Origin: Candidatus Heimdallarchaeota archaeon
GTDB taxonomy: Archaea; Asgardarchaeota; Heimdallarchaeia; Heimdallarchaeales; Heimdallarchaeaceae
Assembly (NCBI GenBank): GCA_018238545.1
Contig: JABCTC010000017.1
Location: forward strand, 1 to 64,000
Direction of reading: 5' to 3'
Length of the DNA stretch: 64,000 nt
The notes beneath the pieces were generated by a model. That model did not search any database, was not told where the DNA came from, and worked only from the letters and a program-made list of their open reading frames with translations. Below are positions 10,381 through 20,831 of this stretch, one piece after another (within the stretch, counting starts at the first letter, position 1; each line of letters opens with the position of its first letter). Both the position numbers and the translations under genes were made by a program.

Positions 10381-11349
10381 TTACTTTGTAGTAAATCTTG
10401 CTTCCAAATATTCAGCTGCTGTTAAAGCTGCTATAGTTGCTAAACCAACTGAAGTTGTTACTTGACGACTTAGTGGGTTTTTTATCTTTGAAGTTACATC
10501 TCCAGCTGAGAATACACCCGGAACATTTGTTTGGCAATCATCATCTATTTTGATTAACCCACCTTCAAGTTCAACGTCTAACATTTCTGCAATTTCAATA
10601 TTAGGGATGGCACCAATTTCTGCAAAAATCCCATCTACTTTGAGGGATGTTCCATCTTGAAATAGAACTTCTTCCACAGTATTCGTTCCTTTGATTTCAG
10701 TTACTTGTTTGCTATACAATATCTCTATATTTTCTTTAGCATTGGCACGCTCTATATAGATTCTTTCACATTTTAAGTAATCAGAACGTGAAACCCAGAA
10801 AATCTTCTTTGCACCAACAGACGATAGAGCTAAAGTTCCAGTTGCTGCTGCATCACCACTACCTACTACAATCACTGTTTTTTCTTTAAAGAAAGCTGCG
10901 TCACATGTTGCACAGTAACTAACACCTTTTCCAACGAATTCCTTCTCACCTGGAACATTAAGTTCCATATGTCTTCCACCAGTTGCTAAAATAAGTGCTT
11001 TAACAAGATAGTTACCCATATCAGTTTTTATAAGAAAACGGTTGTCCTTAGTTTTTTCAGCTTTTTCAACTTCACCAAAAACAATTGTAGTACCAAACTT
11101 TTCAGCTTGATCTTTCATCTTATCAGTTAATTCAATTCCAGAAATATTTTCGAATCCAGGGTAGTTTTCAATTTCTAAGGCTAAACCCATTTGTCCTCCA
11201 TAATCTCTTCCAATACAAACTACGTTTATACCTGCTCTAGACGCGTAAATTGCTGATGTTAAACCAGCTGGTCCCAAACCTATAATTCCTAATTCAAATT
11301 CTTTTATTTCTGTACTTTCTTCTTCTTCTTTTGGAGATAATATTAACAT
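10381..11349 (-). CDS. trxB: Thioredoxin reductase
   Basis: GLGPAGLTSAIY, IENYPG, GVSYCATCDA redox motif, GVFSAGD. Confidence 0.93.
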   Translation of the reverse strand: MLILSPKEEEESTEIKEFELGIIGLGPAGLTSAIYASRAGINVVCIGRDYGGQMGLALEIENYPGFENISGIELTDKMKDQAEKFGTTIVFGEVEKAEKTKDNRFLIKTDMGNYLVKALILATGGRHMELNVPGEKEFVGKGVSYCATCDAAFFKEKTVIVVGSGDAAATGTLALSSVGAKKIFWVSRSDYLKCERIYIERANAKENIEILYSKQVTEIKGTNTVEEVLFQDGTSLKVDGIFAEIGAIPNIEIAEMLDVELEGGLIKIDDDCQTNVPGVFSAGDVTSKIKNPLSRQVTTSVGLATIAALTAAEYLEARFTTK

Positions 11350-11425
11350 TTAATCACTTTGTCTTACTTTGTACAATCTAACTTATTTATTTTCTCTATA
11401 CTCCTTTTAAAGAATTAAGTTATTA

Positions 11426-12202
11426 CTAAATATTTTTTCTTACTGGTTCTTTCTCACTTTCAAATAAAATTATTGTAATTGTGATAAAAACACATCCGAG
11501 AATAAATAGTACGACACAGTTCAAAGCTATTACCAATGGAGTAAAATCTCTAAGTAGTAAGTTTGTCGATAATTGGAAAGCATTGTAGTTGATTATACTA
11601 TCAAAGGCAAGAAACGATGTCACTAAGGAGATAACTAACACTATTCCTGCTGATATTGCCCCAGCAGAGATTTGACTTTTAGCTATGGTTGAGATTAATA
11701 TTCCTATACTCATATACACAAACAGAATTAAAGCGTAAACAGCTAATGATAGAAGAAGTGATACTATCTCAACAGGTCCTACAAGCAGAGAAGTAATAAA
11801 GTAAGCAAACAGTGTCCCAATAATTGTTCCTATTAATATGATAATATATCTAGCAAACAATTTTGTCAAAATAATCGAGTAAACAGGAATGGTTTTAGTT
11901 CGAATAAGAACTAATGTATTTTTTTCTCTTTCTCCCGCAATTGCATCTGCACAAAGGATAACAGCTAATATTGAAACTATGCTGTTAACGTTGCTCATAT
12001 AACTTTGAATAGCCATTTCAGGTGTCAATTCAGGCATAAGACCTTCTATCATGGGTATAATGTCTGGTAATATCATCAGCATCCCTATAGTTAGAGCACC
12101 AAAAATTGCTAGACCTATAGATAAAGGTAGAATTCTCCCTCGATTGTATATCCACTCTTTCTTAATAAGAGCATAGACTGGATTAGTTTTTGAAGAATTC
12201 AT
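11426..12202 (-). CDS. ABC-2 type permease
   Basis: IAGEREKNTL motif, 6 TMs, adjacent to an ABC ATPase. Confidence 0.85.
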   Translation of the reverse strand: MNSSKTNPVYALIKKEWIYNRGRILPLSIGLAIFGALTIGMLMILPDIIPMIEGLMPELTPEMAIQSYMSNVNSIVSILAVILCADAIAGEREKNTLVLIRTKTIPVYSIILTKLFARYIIILIGTIIGTLFAYFITSLLVGPVEIVSLLLSLAVYALILFVYMSIGILISTIAKSQISAGAISAGIVLVISLVTSFLAFDSIINYNAFQLSTNLLLRDFTPLVIALNCVVLFILGCVFITITIILFESEKEPVRKNI

Positions 12203-13119
12203 GATGCAGTCACCATCCTTGTAAAAATTTGATCTAAATCTGGAATATTTGGACCAAAAGAAACTATTTCAAAATCCTTCATTATATCCTTGATGACCTC
12301 AGATATCAAATCTTTGTTTTCAGTTTTGAACAAAAGCTTATCATTTTGAATGCCAATCACCGAAACTTTAGGATAATTTTCTAGATATTCTTTGATTGCT
12401 TCTAATCCCATTTTTACAGTTAAGAAATAAGAATCATCACTCATCTTGGAAAGAATGTTTTCGGGTTGATCTTCAACTATTAGTTCACCTTGATTTATAA
12501 CAAAAATTTTTTCACATAATCTCCATATATCAGCCAAGATATGACTTGAGAAGAGAACTATCCGATCTTTAGCAAGCTCTCGCATAAGTTTTGTAATATG
12601 TTCTCTATTTATTGGATCTAGACCTGATAGACTTTCATCAAGAATTAAAATTTCAGGATCATGTAGCAGTATGCTAGCGAATAATAGCAACCTTCTTTGA
12701 CCTGTAGATAGATACTTGACTATCTTGCTAGGGGGATAGTTAATACCAACGAATTCAACAACTTCTTTGACCTTATTTTTTCTTTCTTCTTTAGGAATGC
12801 CATGCATACCTGCCATAATGTGAAGAAATTGTTTAGCTGTTAGCTTTTCATATAAACCAGAATCTTCAGGTAGAAAACCTATTTTCCTTCTCACAGCGAA
12901 GTTCTTAGGTTTAACAAGATTACCATTAATGTATACTTCTCCAGATGTTGGTACAAGAAGACTTGAAACACATTTGAGTAGGGTCGTTTTGCCAGCCCCA
13001 TTTGGACCAATCAGCCCATAAAGACCAGTTTTCTCTATTTTTAGAGTAACCCCTTTTAGTGCTTGGATGTCTTGGAAGGACTTTTGTAAATTTTCTATTT
13101 CAATCCCATGATTCTTCAT
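12199..13119 (-). CDS. ABC transporter ATP-binding protein
   Basis: GPNGAGKTT, LSTGQRR, ILDE, SSH; start at MKNHG preferred. Confidence 0.92.
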   Translation of the reverse strand: MKNHGIEIENLQKSFQDIQALKGVTLKIEKTGLYGLIGPNGAGKTTLLKCVSSLLVPTSGEVYINGNLVKPKNFAVRRKIGFLPEDSGLYEKLTAKQFLHIMAGMHGIPKEERKNKVKEVVEFVGINYPPSKIVKYLSTGQRRLLLFASILLHDPEILILDESLSGLDPINREHITKLMRELAKDRIVLFSSHILADIWRLCEKIFVINQGELIVEDQPENILSKMSDDSYFLTVKMGLEAIKEYLENYPKVSVIGIQNDKLLFKTENKDLISEVIKDIMKDFEIVSFGPNIPDLDQIFTRMVTAS

Positions 13120-13330
13120 CTTCAGATTTCTCCACAGGTAACCTTCCAAACAAGAAGTATAATATCCAACCAAACATGTTAACAAGAGCGATAGCCACTA
13201 ACCATCCTATTTTGTTTACGTCACTTCTTTTATCAAACGACTTAATCAAATCATAAATTGCATAAACTTTGATTGCTAAATCAACCACAGCAATTGGAAT
13301 AACAATTGCCAAAATAACCCAATCAACCAT
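13100..13330 (-). CDS. PLDc_N-type small membrane protein
   Basis: KIGWLVAIALVNMFGWILYFLFGR matches the PLD N-terminal domain pattern; commonly found upstream of ABC-2 operons. Confidence 0.8.
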   Translation of the reverse strand: MVDWVILAIVIPIAVVDLAIKVYAIYDLIKSFDKRSDVNKIGWLVAIALVNMFGWILYFLFGRLPVEKSEDEESWD

Positions 13331-13418
13331 TATTATCTTGACAATCTTGAGATTCAACAATATAAATATTCTCAAATGTAAAATAAAAGAGTAAAAAGTT
13401 CAGCAAAATGAAACAGCA

Positions 13419-13793
13419 CTATTTTTCATATGAGAACAGCTGTGTTATCATCTTTGCAAGTTTCAGAATACTAAATGGTTTTTGTATGAACTGTGAGACC
13501 CCCAATTTACTAGCTTCTTCCCTAACTGTTGGATCTGCCGTAATGAAAAGTATTTTTGTCTTTTTAGGTAAATCTTGGAAGTACATTTCTTTCAGAGTAT
13601 CCAATCCATTCTTGATAGGCATCCGATGGTCTATGATAATTACATCAGGATAATTTGGTAAATCACCAATTTCTTGAAGAGCTTGATGACCATTATACGC
13701 TGTGCCAATGATTTCATGTCCCTCCAAGGCTAATCCTTCCTTGTAGAGATATTGAATGGTCTCTTCATCATCGATTATGTATACTTTTGCCAT
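13419..13793 (-). CDS. Single-domain response regulator
   Basis: IIDDE, phospho-acceptor IIDHRMP, FITAD, KPF. Confidence 0.92.
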   Translation of the reverse strand: MAKVYIIDDEETIQYLYKEGLALEGHEIIGTAYNGHQALQEIGDLPNYPDVIIIDHRMPIKNGLDTLKEMYFQDLPKKTKILFITADPTVREEASKLGVSQFIQKPFSILKLAKMITQLFSYEK

Positions 13794-13795
13794 AT

Positions 13796-15682
13796 TTATC
13801 CCTCTAATAGAGTTATTACGACTACAGTGCCTTTTGATGGGTCATCAGCAACACGATTCTCAAATCGTATTTCACCATTGTATGATTCAATTATTGTTTT
13901 TGAGATATAGAGACCTAATCCTGTTCCTTCGTGAAATCGACTATCACCACGCGATAAGGGTCTGAAAAAAGTTTCTCTAATTTCTTCGGGAATACCACTA
14001 CCATAATCTGCTATTCTACATTCAAAGAATTCTTGATTTTCAATTTCGAGTGGTTGGCAAGAAATTTCTATCACTGCTTCTTCTGATTTGTTGTGTTTTA
14101 TAGCATTATTAATAATATTTTCAAAAACTGTTTGTAAGAGATCTCCACCAATTACAGAAATGTTATGTGGGGTTTTCATATCAATCTTAATTTTTCGATC
14201 TGGGAAAAGATTTTGTTGTATTTCAATTGCATTTTCTAACATAGCAATTGCAGGAACGCTTCCCTTTGTTTTTCTCTCCTGCTGAATCTTGAGTAATTGT
14301 TGAATAGTTTCAAGTATCCTTTCTCCTCTATCTACAACACTAATGCTTCTGGTTAAATAATTTTTAATTTTGTCTGAATCCATATTTTCGAAATTTTGGT
14401 CAAGAAGCTCTAGATAACCTTGTACTGAAGTGTTAGTGTTGAGGAAATCATGTGATAAAATATCTAATAAAACTGAAACAAATTGTCGTTCCAACTCACT
14501 TTCCATATAAAGAAATTGATGTTCATAGTTTAATGTGATTTGATTTCCAAAAGTTAGGTATAAGTCAACATCTCCTGGTACAAAGAGATTTTTAACTTTA
14601 GAACCTATAATCATAAAACCTGCAGGAAGATTGTTCAGATGTAAAATCGAAACAATTGCAGATCTGCCATCTTTGTAAAGTTTACAGCCTCCATTTTTAT
14701 AGTGCTTAACAAGATTCCCTTCTTTTGTTAAATCTTCTAACATTTCTTGAGGTGAAAAATCTTCATTTATCTCTCCATTTTCTGCAACTACATCTCCATC
14801 TATAAACACTAATCCACAATCAGCTGAAAAAATATCTACTACATCCACAATAACTTTTTGCCAGAATAAGGAGAGATCTCTATATTTTGAGTAAAGAGCA
14901 TACTTATTGAGTGTTGAAACGATTAATGATAATTTTTTTGTAGGTTCAATATTCGTAAAAAAACCAACTGATCCAATAACATTTTGGTTCTGATCATGCA
15001 GTAAGGATCCAACAACACTAAATGTTATGGGGCGTCCATCTTTATTGATTAAAATCAACTCGTAAGAACTAGAGCCTTTACTACCTTCAAGCCGATCTCT
15101 TGAAATTTGATGATACAAATCTCTAGAAGCTGGATGGAAGAAATCAGTAATTGATTTGGTTTTAATTTCTTCAAAGGGGTATCCAAGAACTTCACACATT
15201 TTGTTATTAATGTAGATAGTGTTGCCTTTGATATCATCAACCCAAAAACCAAGTTCACTGCCAATTGAAATTGCGTCCAGTAGAGACCGAATAAGTTCAG
15301 GAGGTTGATGCATTAGTGCTTTTGAACTTATATCGTGAGCATACCATAATCTTGCTGGCTTTTCGTCAAAAGTTATATCATTAACTTTTACGAAAACTAG
15401 AGAGACTGACCCGTCTTTATGCATTATCCGGACTTGGAGCTCAGCAGGAACTTTGCCTCCTTTATCTAAAATCTTTTGTCTCTCAAAGAAAATATGCTTG
15501 TCTTCTTCATGAACTAGATCCATTATATGTTTAGCTTCCATATCTGATGCAGAATACCCAGAAATCTCATAAAAAGCCGTATTTGCGAATGCCAAATCCC
15601 AGCTATGCATTGTAATGAACACAGCACTTGGCAACATATTAAGAGCTGTTTTCAAAGCTAAAGATTCTGGTGATTCATTCAT
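13796..15682 (-). CDS. PAS-domain sensor histidine kinase
   Basis: Two PAS domains, H-box LSHDFLN, N-box NAIKH, DYGSGI and GTGLGL. Confidence 0.92.
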   Translation of the reverse strand: MNESPESLALKTALNMLPSAVFITMHSWDLAFANTAFYEISGYSASDMEAKHIMDLVHEEDKHIFFERQKILDKGGKVPAELQVRIMHKDGSVSLVFVKVNDITFDEKPARLWYAHDISSKALMHQPPELIRSLLDAISIGSELGFWVDDIKGNTIYINNKMCEVLGYPFEEIKTKSITDFFHPASRDLYHQISRDRLEGSKGSSSYELILINKDGRPITFSVVGSLLHDQNQNVIGSVGFFTNIEPTKKLSLIVSTLNKYALYSKYRDLSLFWQKVIVDVVDIFSADCGLVFIDGDVVAENGEINEDFSPQEMLEDLTKEGNLVKHYKNGGCKLYKDGRSAIVSILHLNNLPAGFMIIGSKVKNLFVPGDVDLYLTFGNQITLNYEHQFLYMESELERQFVSVLLDILSHDFLNTNTSVQGYLELLDQNFENMDSDKIKNYLTRSISVVDRGERILETIQQLLKIQQERKTKGSVPAIAMLENAIEIQQNLFPDRKIKIDMKTPHNISVIGGDLLQTVFENIINNAIKHNKSEEAVIEISCQPLEIENQEFFECRIADYGSGIPEEIRETFFRPLSRGDSRFHEGTGLGLYISKTIIESYNGEIRFENRVADDPSKGTVVVITLLEG

Positions 15683-15846
15683 TAAATATAAGAGGTTAAA
15701 ATTACATATAAACTATATGAAAAAGGCTATGGGCTATCTTTGTTAAGTTATTGGAAATTTCAGCAAGAATAAATGAAGCTAATAGATATATGCAAAGCTA
15801 AGATAGAAATAAAGAAAGACAAAATATATACATAAGGGGAGAAATT

Positions 15847-16695
15847 ATGCAATTCAATAAATCAATTGTTGAAATTATCACTAAACGCAGATCTGTTAGG
15901 ACATATGATGCGACCAAAGATGTTGAAAAGGATAAAATTCAGATTATCGAAGAAGCTATGGTTGTAGAGAGAACAGAAGGTTTTCGATTTGTTATAGTTA
16001 CATTTAATGAATTAAAATCAAGAAAAGAAAGGTTGGGGACATATGGTTTCATTCAGGGGGCGAAACTGTTCATGGTGGGGATAATGAGTGAGGATTATAG
16101 TGATAGAAAAAACCAGTCAATTAGCTTTGGTAGAACATTTGAGAGAATTATTTTGAAAGCTACTGATTTAGGATTAGGAACTTGTTGGATGGTTTCAACA
16201 TTTAATCGAAAGAAACTAAGCAAGAAAATAGGTTTAGGAGACCATGAAAATATTGCCATAGTATCACCTTTAGGTTATTCAGCTTTGAAGAAAAGACCTG
16301 TAGAAAGAATAATGCGTCAGATACCAAAATCAGATCAAAGAAAAATTTGGGGAGAACTCTTCTTTCACAATGATTTCAAAACACCTCTTAATAGAGAAGA
16401 TACAGGTCAATATAGAACTGCACTGGAGATGTTGAGATTGTCACCATCAGCAGCAAATACGCAACCGTGGCGAATAATTAAACAGAACGATGGATATGAT
16501 CTATACGTAGTTAAAGATAATAGGGGTGCACGGCATGTGATAGATTGTAACTACAATGATGTAGGAATAGCTATGTGTCACTTTGAATTGACAGCAAAAG
16601 AGATTGAATTATCTGGAGAATGGAAAATAGACCCCTTAAAAAATAATGCTCTAAAAAACAAAATGGAGTATGTTAGCACTTGGAAACCAATGTGA
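15847..16695 (+). CDS. Nitroreductase-family protein
   Basis: RRSVRTY, LGLGTCW, LSPSAANTQPW, DVGIAMCHF. Confidence 0.9.
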   Translation: MQFNKSIVEIITKRRSVRTYDATKDVEKDKIQIIEEAMVVERTEGFRFVIVTFNELKSRKERLGTYGFIQGAKLFMVGIMSEDYSDRKNQSISFGRTFERIILKATDLGLGTCWMVSTFNRKKLSKKIGLGDHENIAIVSPLGYSALKKRPVERIMRQIPKSDQRKIWGELFFHNDFKTPLNREDTGQYRTALEMLRLSPSAANTQPWRIIKQNDGYDLYVVKDNRGARHVIDCNYNDVGIAMCHFELTAKEIELSGEWKIDPLKNNALKNKMEYVSTWKPM

Positions 16696-16754
16696 AAACT
16701 TTCTTAATTAGCGGCGTTTTCTGAAAAATAAAGAAAAAAGAAAAAAGGGGGGTT

Positions 16755-18131
16755 TTATTCGATAGGAGGTTTAATAAAACCGTTATCCATCAAACTTTTT
16801 GTTAGACTACGGGCTTCATCAATACGTTCTTTTGCAAGAGCATAGATTTCTTCCTCAGTCAGTATTGTACGAGCAACACCTTGTTCGATAGCTTTCATAC
16901 CTACTTTAGATGCTACGTATGGAAAAATCTCAACATCATCCATTGAAGGAATCACGAAATCATCTCTAAGACCCTTCTTCTCTGCAACTTCAGCAATAGC
17001 ACGAGCAGCTTCGACACACATCTCGTCAGTAATGGTATTAGCATTAACATCGAGTGTTCCTCTGAAAATACCTGGAAAACCAAGACTATTATTGATTTGG
17101 TTTGGAAAGTCACTTCTACCAGTACCAACAACTCTTGCACCAGCTTCTTTGGAATCCCAAGGCCAAATCTCAGGAAGAGGATTAGCACAAGTGAAAACAA
17201 TAGAATCTTTTGCCATGTTGGTTATCCATTCTTTTTTGATTGTACCTGGCTCAGACTTAGAAGCTGAAATGAGAACATCAGCACCTTGGAGAGCTACACC
17301 GAAATCACCTGTAATCCCATTTGGGTTGGTCTTTTGAGCTAAATCATACTTGAAAGTATCATAATCTTTTTGCTCAATAATGTCAGGACGATTTTTGGTA
17401 ATTATGCCCTTGGAATCGCACATAATTATGTTCTCAAACGGAGCACCAGCAGCATGAAGAACGTAAGCTGTTCGAGTATTAGCTGCACCTACACCGAGCA
17501 TAGCAATCTTAACTTCTTCAAGTTTCTTACCAACGTGTTTCAAAGCACCAAGAACTCCAGCTGTTACAATTGCAGCGGTTCCTTGAGCATCATCATGCCA
17601 TACCGGAATAGTAATTTCAGGATCATTACGTAATGTTTCTAAGACTTTGTAGCATTTTGGTTTTGATATGTCTTCTAAGTTTATACCACCAAATGAAGGT
17701 TGTATCAATTTAACAAACTTGATTATTTCATCAGGATCTTTTGTGTCAATACATAATGGTACTGCATCAACGCCACCTAAATATTTGAACAATAACGCTT
17801 TTCCTTCCATAACAGGCATTCCTGCCCCAGGTCCGATGTCACCTAACCCGAGAACTCTTGTTCCATCAGAGACTACTGCGATAGTGTTTGCTCTGTTTGT
17901 TTGTCTGTAAGATTCTTCGGGGTCTTCTTTTATTGCTTTACAACTAGCTGCAACTCCTGGTGTATACCAAACACCAAAAGCATCGAAATTCCATATACTA
18001 CATTTGGGAACAACTTGAATTTTTCCTTTGTAGAAAGGGTGTAACCTTAACGCATCAGCTGAAGGTTTATGTGCTCTAGCAAGCAATTCTTCTTTTGTAA
18101 ACTTTTTTTCTGTCATAACTAACATCTTCAA
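16755..18131 (-). CDS. NAD(P)-dependent malic enzyme
   Basis: YTPGVA, DGTRVLGLGDIG, MEGKALLFK, NLEDI, HDDAQGT, TGRSDFPNQINN. Confidence 0.95.
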   Translation of the reverse strand: MKMLVMTEKKFTKEELLARAHKPSADALRLHPFYKGKIQVVPKCSIWNFDAFGVWYTPGVAASCKAIKEDPEESYRQTNRANTIAVVSDGTRVLGLGDIGPGAGMPVMEGKALLFKYLGGVDAVPLCIDTKDPDEIIKFVKLIQPSFGGINLEDISKPKCYKVLETLRNDPEITIPVWHDDAQGTAAIVTAGVLGALKHVGKKLEEVKIAMLGVGAANTRTAYVLHAAGAPFENIIMCDSKGIITKNRPDIIEQKDYDTFKYDLAQKTNPNGITGDFGVALQGADVLISASKSEPGTIKKEWITNMAKDSIVFTCANPLPEIWPWDSKEAGARVVGTGRSDFPNQINNSLGFPGIFRGTLDVNANTITDEMCVEAARAIAEVAEKKGLRDDFVIPSMDDVEIFPYVASKVGMKAIEQGVARTILTEEEIYALAKERIDEARSLTKSLMDNGFIKPPIE

Positions 18132-18282
18132 AAATTAATAGTTACTTCACATCAAAACATTCACCAATATATATGTTAGTATCAGACGATAAATTTGATG
18201 GCTTTCCATATATTGGTAATTATGTTGCTTATTGAGCATAAGATTTATTGACTTTTAATCACTTCAATATCAATGATGCGAA

Positions 18283-18978
18283 CTATTTGAAATAAGTCAT
18301 TATCCTTTCTTTGTCTTCTTCCTCTAACTCATCTAAACCAGTGGTGTTTTGTTGACCAATTTTCTTCCAGAAAATGTACTTTTCATGATTCCATCTATAA
18401 TTCAGATGGTCATCATAATAATAAGGTTCTCCAACTCTAACCTTCCCCTTTTCAATTTTCATCCCACAAGATTTACAAGTAGATCTTCTACTTTTTGCAT
18501 ACTCGATTTTCCATTTCTCTTCTTTCTCTTCCATACCCGGTGTTCCATTCTGCGTTATTTCCATGATTACATCATGTGGGTTTTTACCTTCTAGAAGATT
18601 GTCTGAGATTTTTAGATGGAAAGTATCATGTTTGTTCATAACAAAAGCTAGTTGAGCTGCCTTATCTTTTTTAAGTTCTTTTTCTATTTTTACTTTTGGA
18701 GGTAAATCATCATTCATCAAGATATATTTTGCACAAGCTTCTGACAATAATTTGGTTATTTCTTTTTTATTCATTGGTTGAAATTTGTTTCCTTCAACAA
18801 TCCCGTATGTAGATTGAACGACTGTTCTACCAATATCTTCAATGTATTCTTTTTCTTTTATGTTTACAAAAGAACCCGAAGGGATATCCTCTTCGATTTT
18901 ATATATTTTGAAAGTATCAGGTTCGATGAACCATCCCCACTCATTCTCTGGATCTATTTTCATTTTCATTTCAAACAC
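18283..18978 (-). CDS. Protein with a C-terminal PARP-type zinc finger
   Basis: IEYAKSRRSTCKSC..KIEKG..R.G...WNH..GLDELEEEDKERI. Confidence 0.8.
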   Translation of the reverse strand: MFEMKMKIDPENEWGWFIEPDTFKIYKIEEDIPSGSFVNIKEKEYIEDIGRTVVQSTYGIVEGNKFQPMNKKEITKLLSEACAKYILMNDDLPPKVKIEKELKKDKAAQLAFVMNKHDTFHLKISDNLLEGKNPHDVIMEITQNGTPGMEEKEEKWKIEYAKSRRSTCKSCGMKIEKGKVRVGEPYYYDDHLNYRWNHEKYIFWKKIGQQNTTGLDELEEEDKERIMTYFK

Positions 18979-19226
18979 TTTTTTCCATTTTTATCAGCTA
19001 ATTATTCGATTTTATTTTTATATTCATCTTTAGTGTGACACATTAACCAAAGTGATGACAATATTGTAAATTTAAAAGTGTTTTCAATTTATAAAGAAGG
19101 AATATTTTGCTAAGAGATTCATCTAGAATAGGTGAAAAAACTATCGTTTTATTTCCAAATGTTCTTTGTAAATGCTTTGCATTTTCGAGCGTAAGATTTA
19201 TTGACTTTTGATTTTCTTTACTATTA

Positions 19227-20525
19227 ATGAAGAAAAAAACTCTACTTTTTCAGGTTATTCTGGCTATTTTACTTACCAATTCTATTTTAATGAATAATTC
19301 GTCAAATCTGATTTCCGCTACTTTAGACAATAGCGATTCGGCTCCATCTAAACTTACAAACTATAATGCTACATCTTCAACAGAGTATTTTAACGAAACA
19401 TCTCATCCGCGTTATTCTTTAGCATCCCGACCTATAGACCTCATCACTTATCCTCATAAGGGCTATCCTGAGATTATAATTTTCGATGAATCCCTTACAG
19501 TTCTTGTAAATACTACATCTGATGCTTCTGATTGGGAATTCTATCTCAAATCTGGAAATGAAACCGTTTTCTTGAATATTTTACATACAAAGTATGAAGG
19601 TGGTTTGTGGCATTTCGATCTAAAACCAAGTATAAACTCTGCAGGTTTGTTCGATTTACAATTGAATTGTAGTGCAGGTTCTGATTATCAAACACATTCA
19701 GTTAAAATTATGGAAGAGAAATCCTACCCCTTCACATTTGTTCATCTTTCTGATACTCACTTCCCCGCTTATGATATCTATAATACCACAGATATTTGTT
19801 TGAGGAATATAGCAGAAATTAAAGAACAAGATATAGATTTTGTAATATTTACAGGAGATTTGATTAATGGTCCAAGTTGGATGTTTGTTGATCCTCTTAC
19901 TCAAAGACCACTTGCTGCTGAAATTGGTATGAGGTTAGCTTTATGGGTTATGGATCTTTTAGATTTGCCAGTTTATATGATTGCTGGGAACCATGACCTC
20001 GATTCTTCTACAATTTTACCAGATGATCCTGCAACAATCTGGAAGAAATATCTGGGTGAGAACCCTGTACTGAATTATTCTTTTCTAGATTGGTCATTTA
20101 TAGGATTTGGCTCCACTAAGGAAGGTCTTGATCAAAATGATTTTAATTTTCTTAAATCTGCAGTAAGTTCACGTGCAAATTCACCTAATGTTCTATTCTA
20201 CCATTCTAACTATAAAGAGCAAGCTTCAACGATTAGGAATAGCTACAATATTGAGGTAATGCTCTATGGTCATGAGCATAAAGAAATTCTATCTGTAAAA
20301 GATCACACCTTATATTACTGTCAAGCACCTCTCTTTTATAATGCATCAACAATATTCACTGTGTTAAATGAAACACATCTAGAAATGAAAGAGAGTACAT
20401 ACGATTTCACTATACTACTTGAAGAAGTAACGGAATCATCTTACACTTTAACGTTATTTACATCAATGACTCTGTTTGCTATTGTTTATGTTATTATAAG
20501 GAAAAGGAAGGAGAATTTGTCCTAA
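19227..20525 (+). CDS. Secreted, C-terminally anchored metallophosphoesterase
   Basis: Signal peptide; SDTH, TGDL, GNHD and GHEH motifs; C-terminal TM with basic tail. Confidence 0.88.
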   Translation: MKKKTLLFQVILAILLTNSILMNNSSNLISATLDNSDSAPSKLTNYNATSSTEYFNETSHPRYSLASRPIDLITYPHKGYPEIIIFDESLTVLVNTTSDASDWEFYLKSGNETVFLNILHTKYEGGLWHFDLKPSINSAGLFDLQLNCSAGSDYQTHSVKIMEEKSYPFTFVHLSDTHFPAYDIYNTTDICLRNIAEIKEQDIDFVIFTGDLINGPSWMFVDPLTQRPLAAEIGMRLALWVMDLLDLPVYMIAGNHDLDSSTILPDDPATIWKKYLGENPVLNYSFLDWSFIGFGSTKEGLDQNDFNFLKSAVSSRANSPNVLFYHSNYKEQASTIRNSYNIEVMLYGHEHKEILSVKDHTLYYCQAPLFYNASTIFTVLNETHLEMKESTYDFTILLEEVTESSYTLTLFTSMTLFAIVYVIIRKRKENLS

Positions 20526-20831
20526 ATTATTCAATAAGTGCCGATAATCGATAAATAAGTCTTTAAGTGTGAAATATTTTACTTTAATAGAGCTAGTCTT
20601 TCACTTTGTTTCATGTTTCTCACCAAAATTTGAACTAAGTATCGCTAGCTCTTTTAATTTCACATAACTTCTCATAAAAAGCTTTTATACAGAAAGAATA
20701 TTTCTCAAATTCTCGATGTTTTTATTTTCAACGAAAACCTTTAAACCTAGTTGACCAATTATTTTTTTCATAAGTAAAACAGCTATTGAGACCTATATTA
20801 AGCCGCAAAAAATTATTTAGAGGAATGGTCC

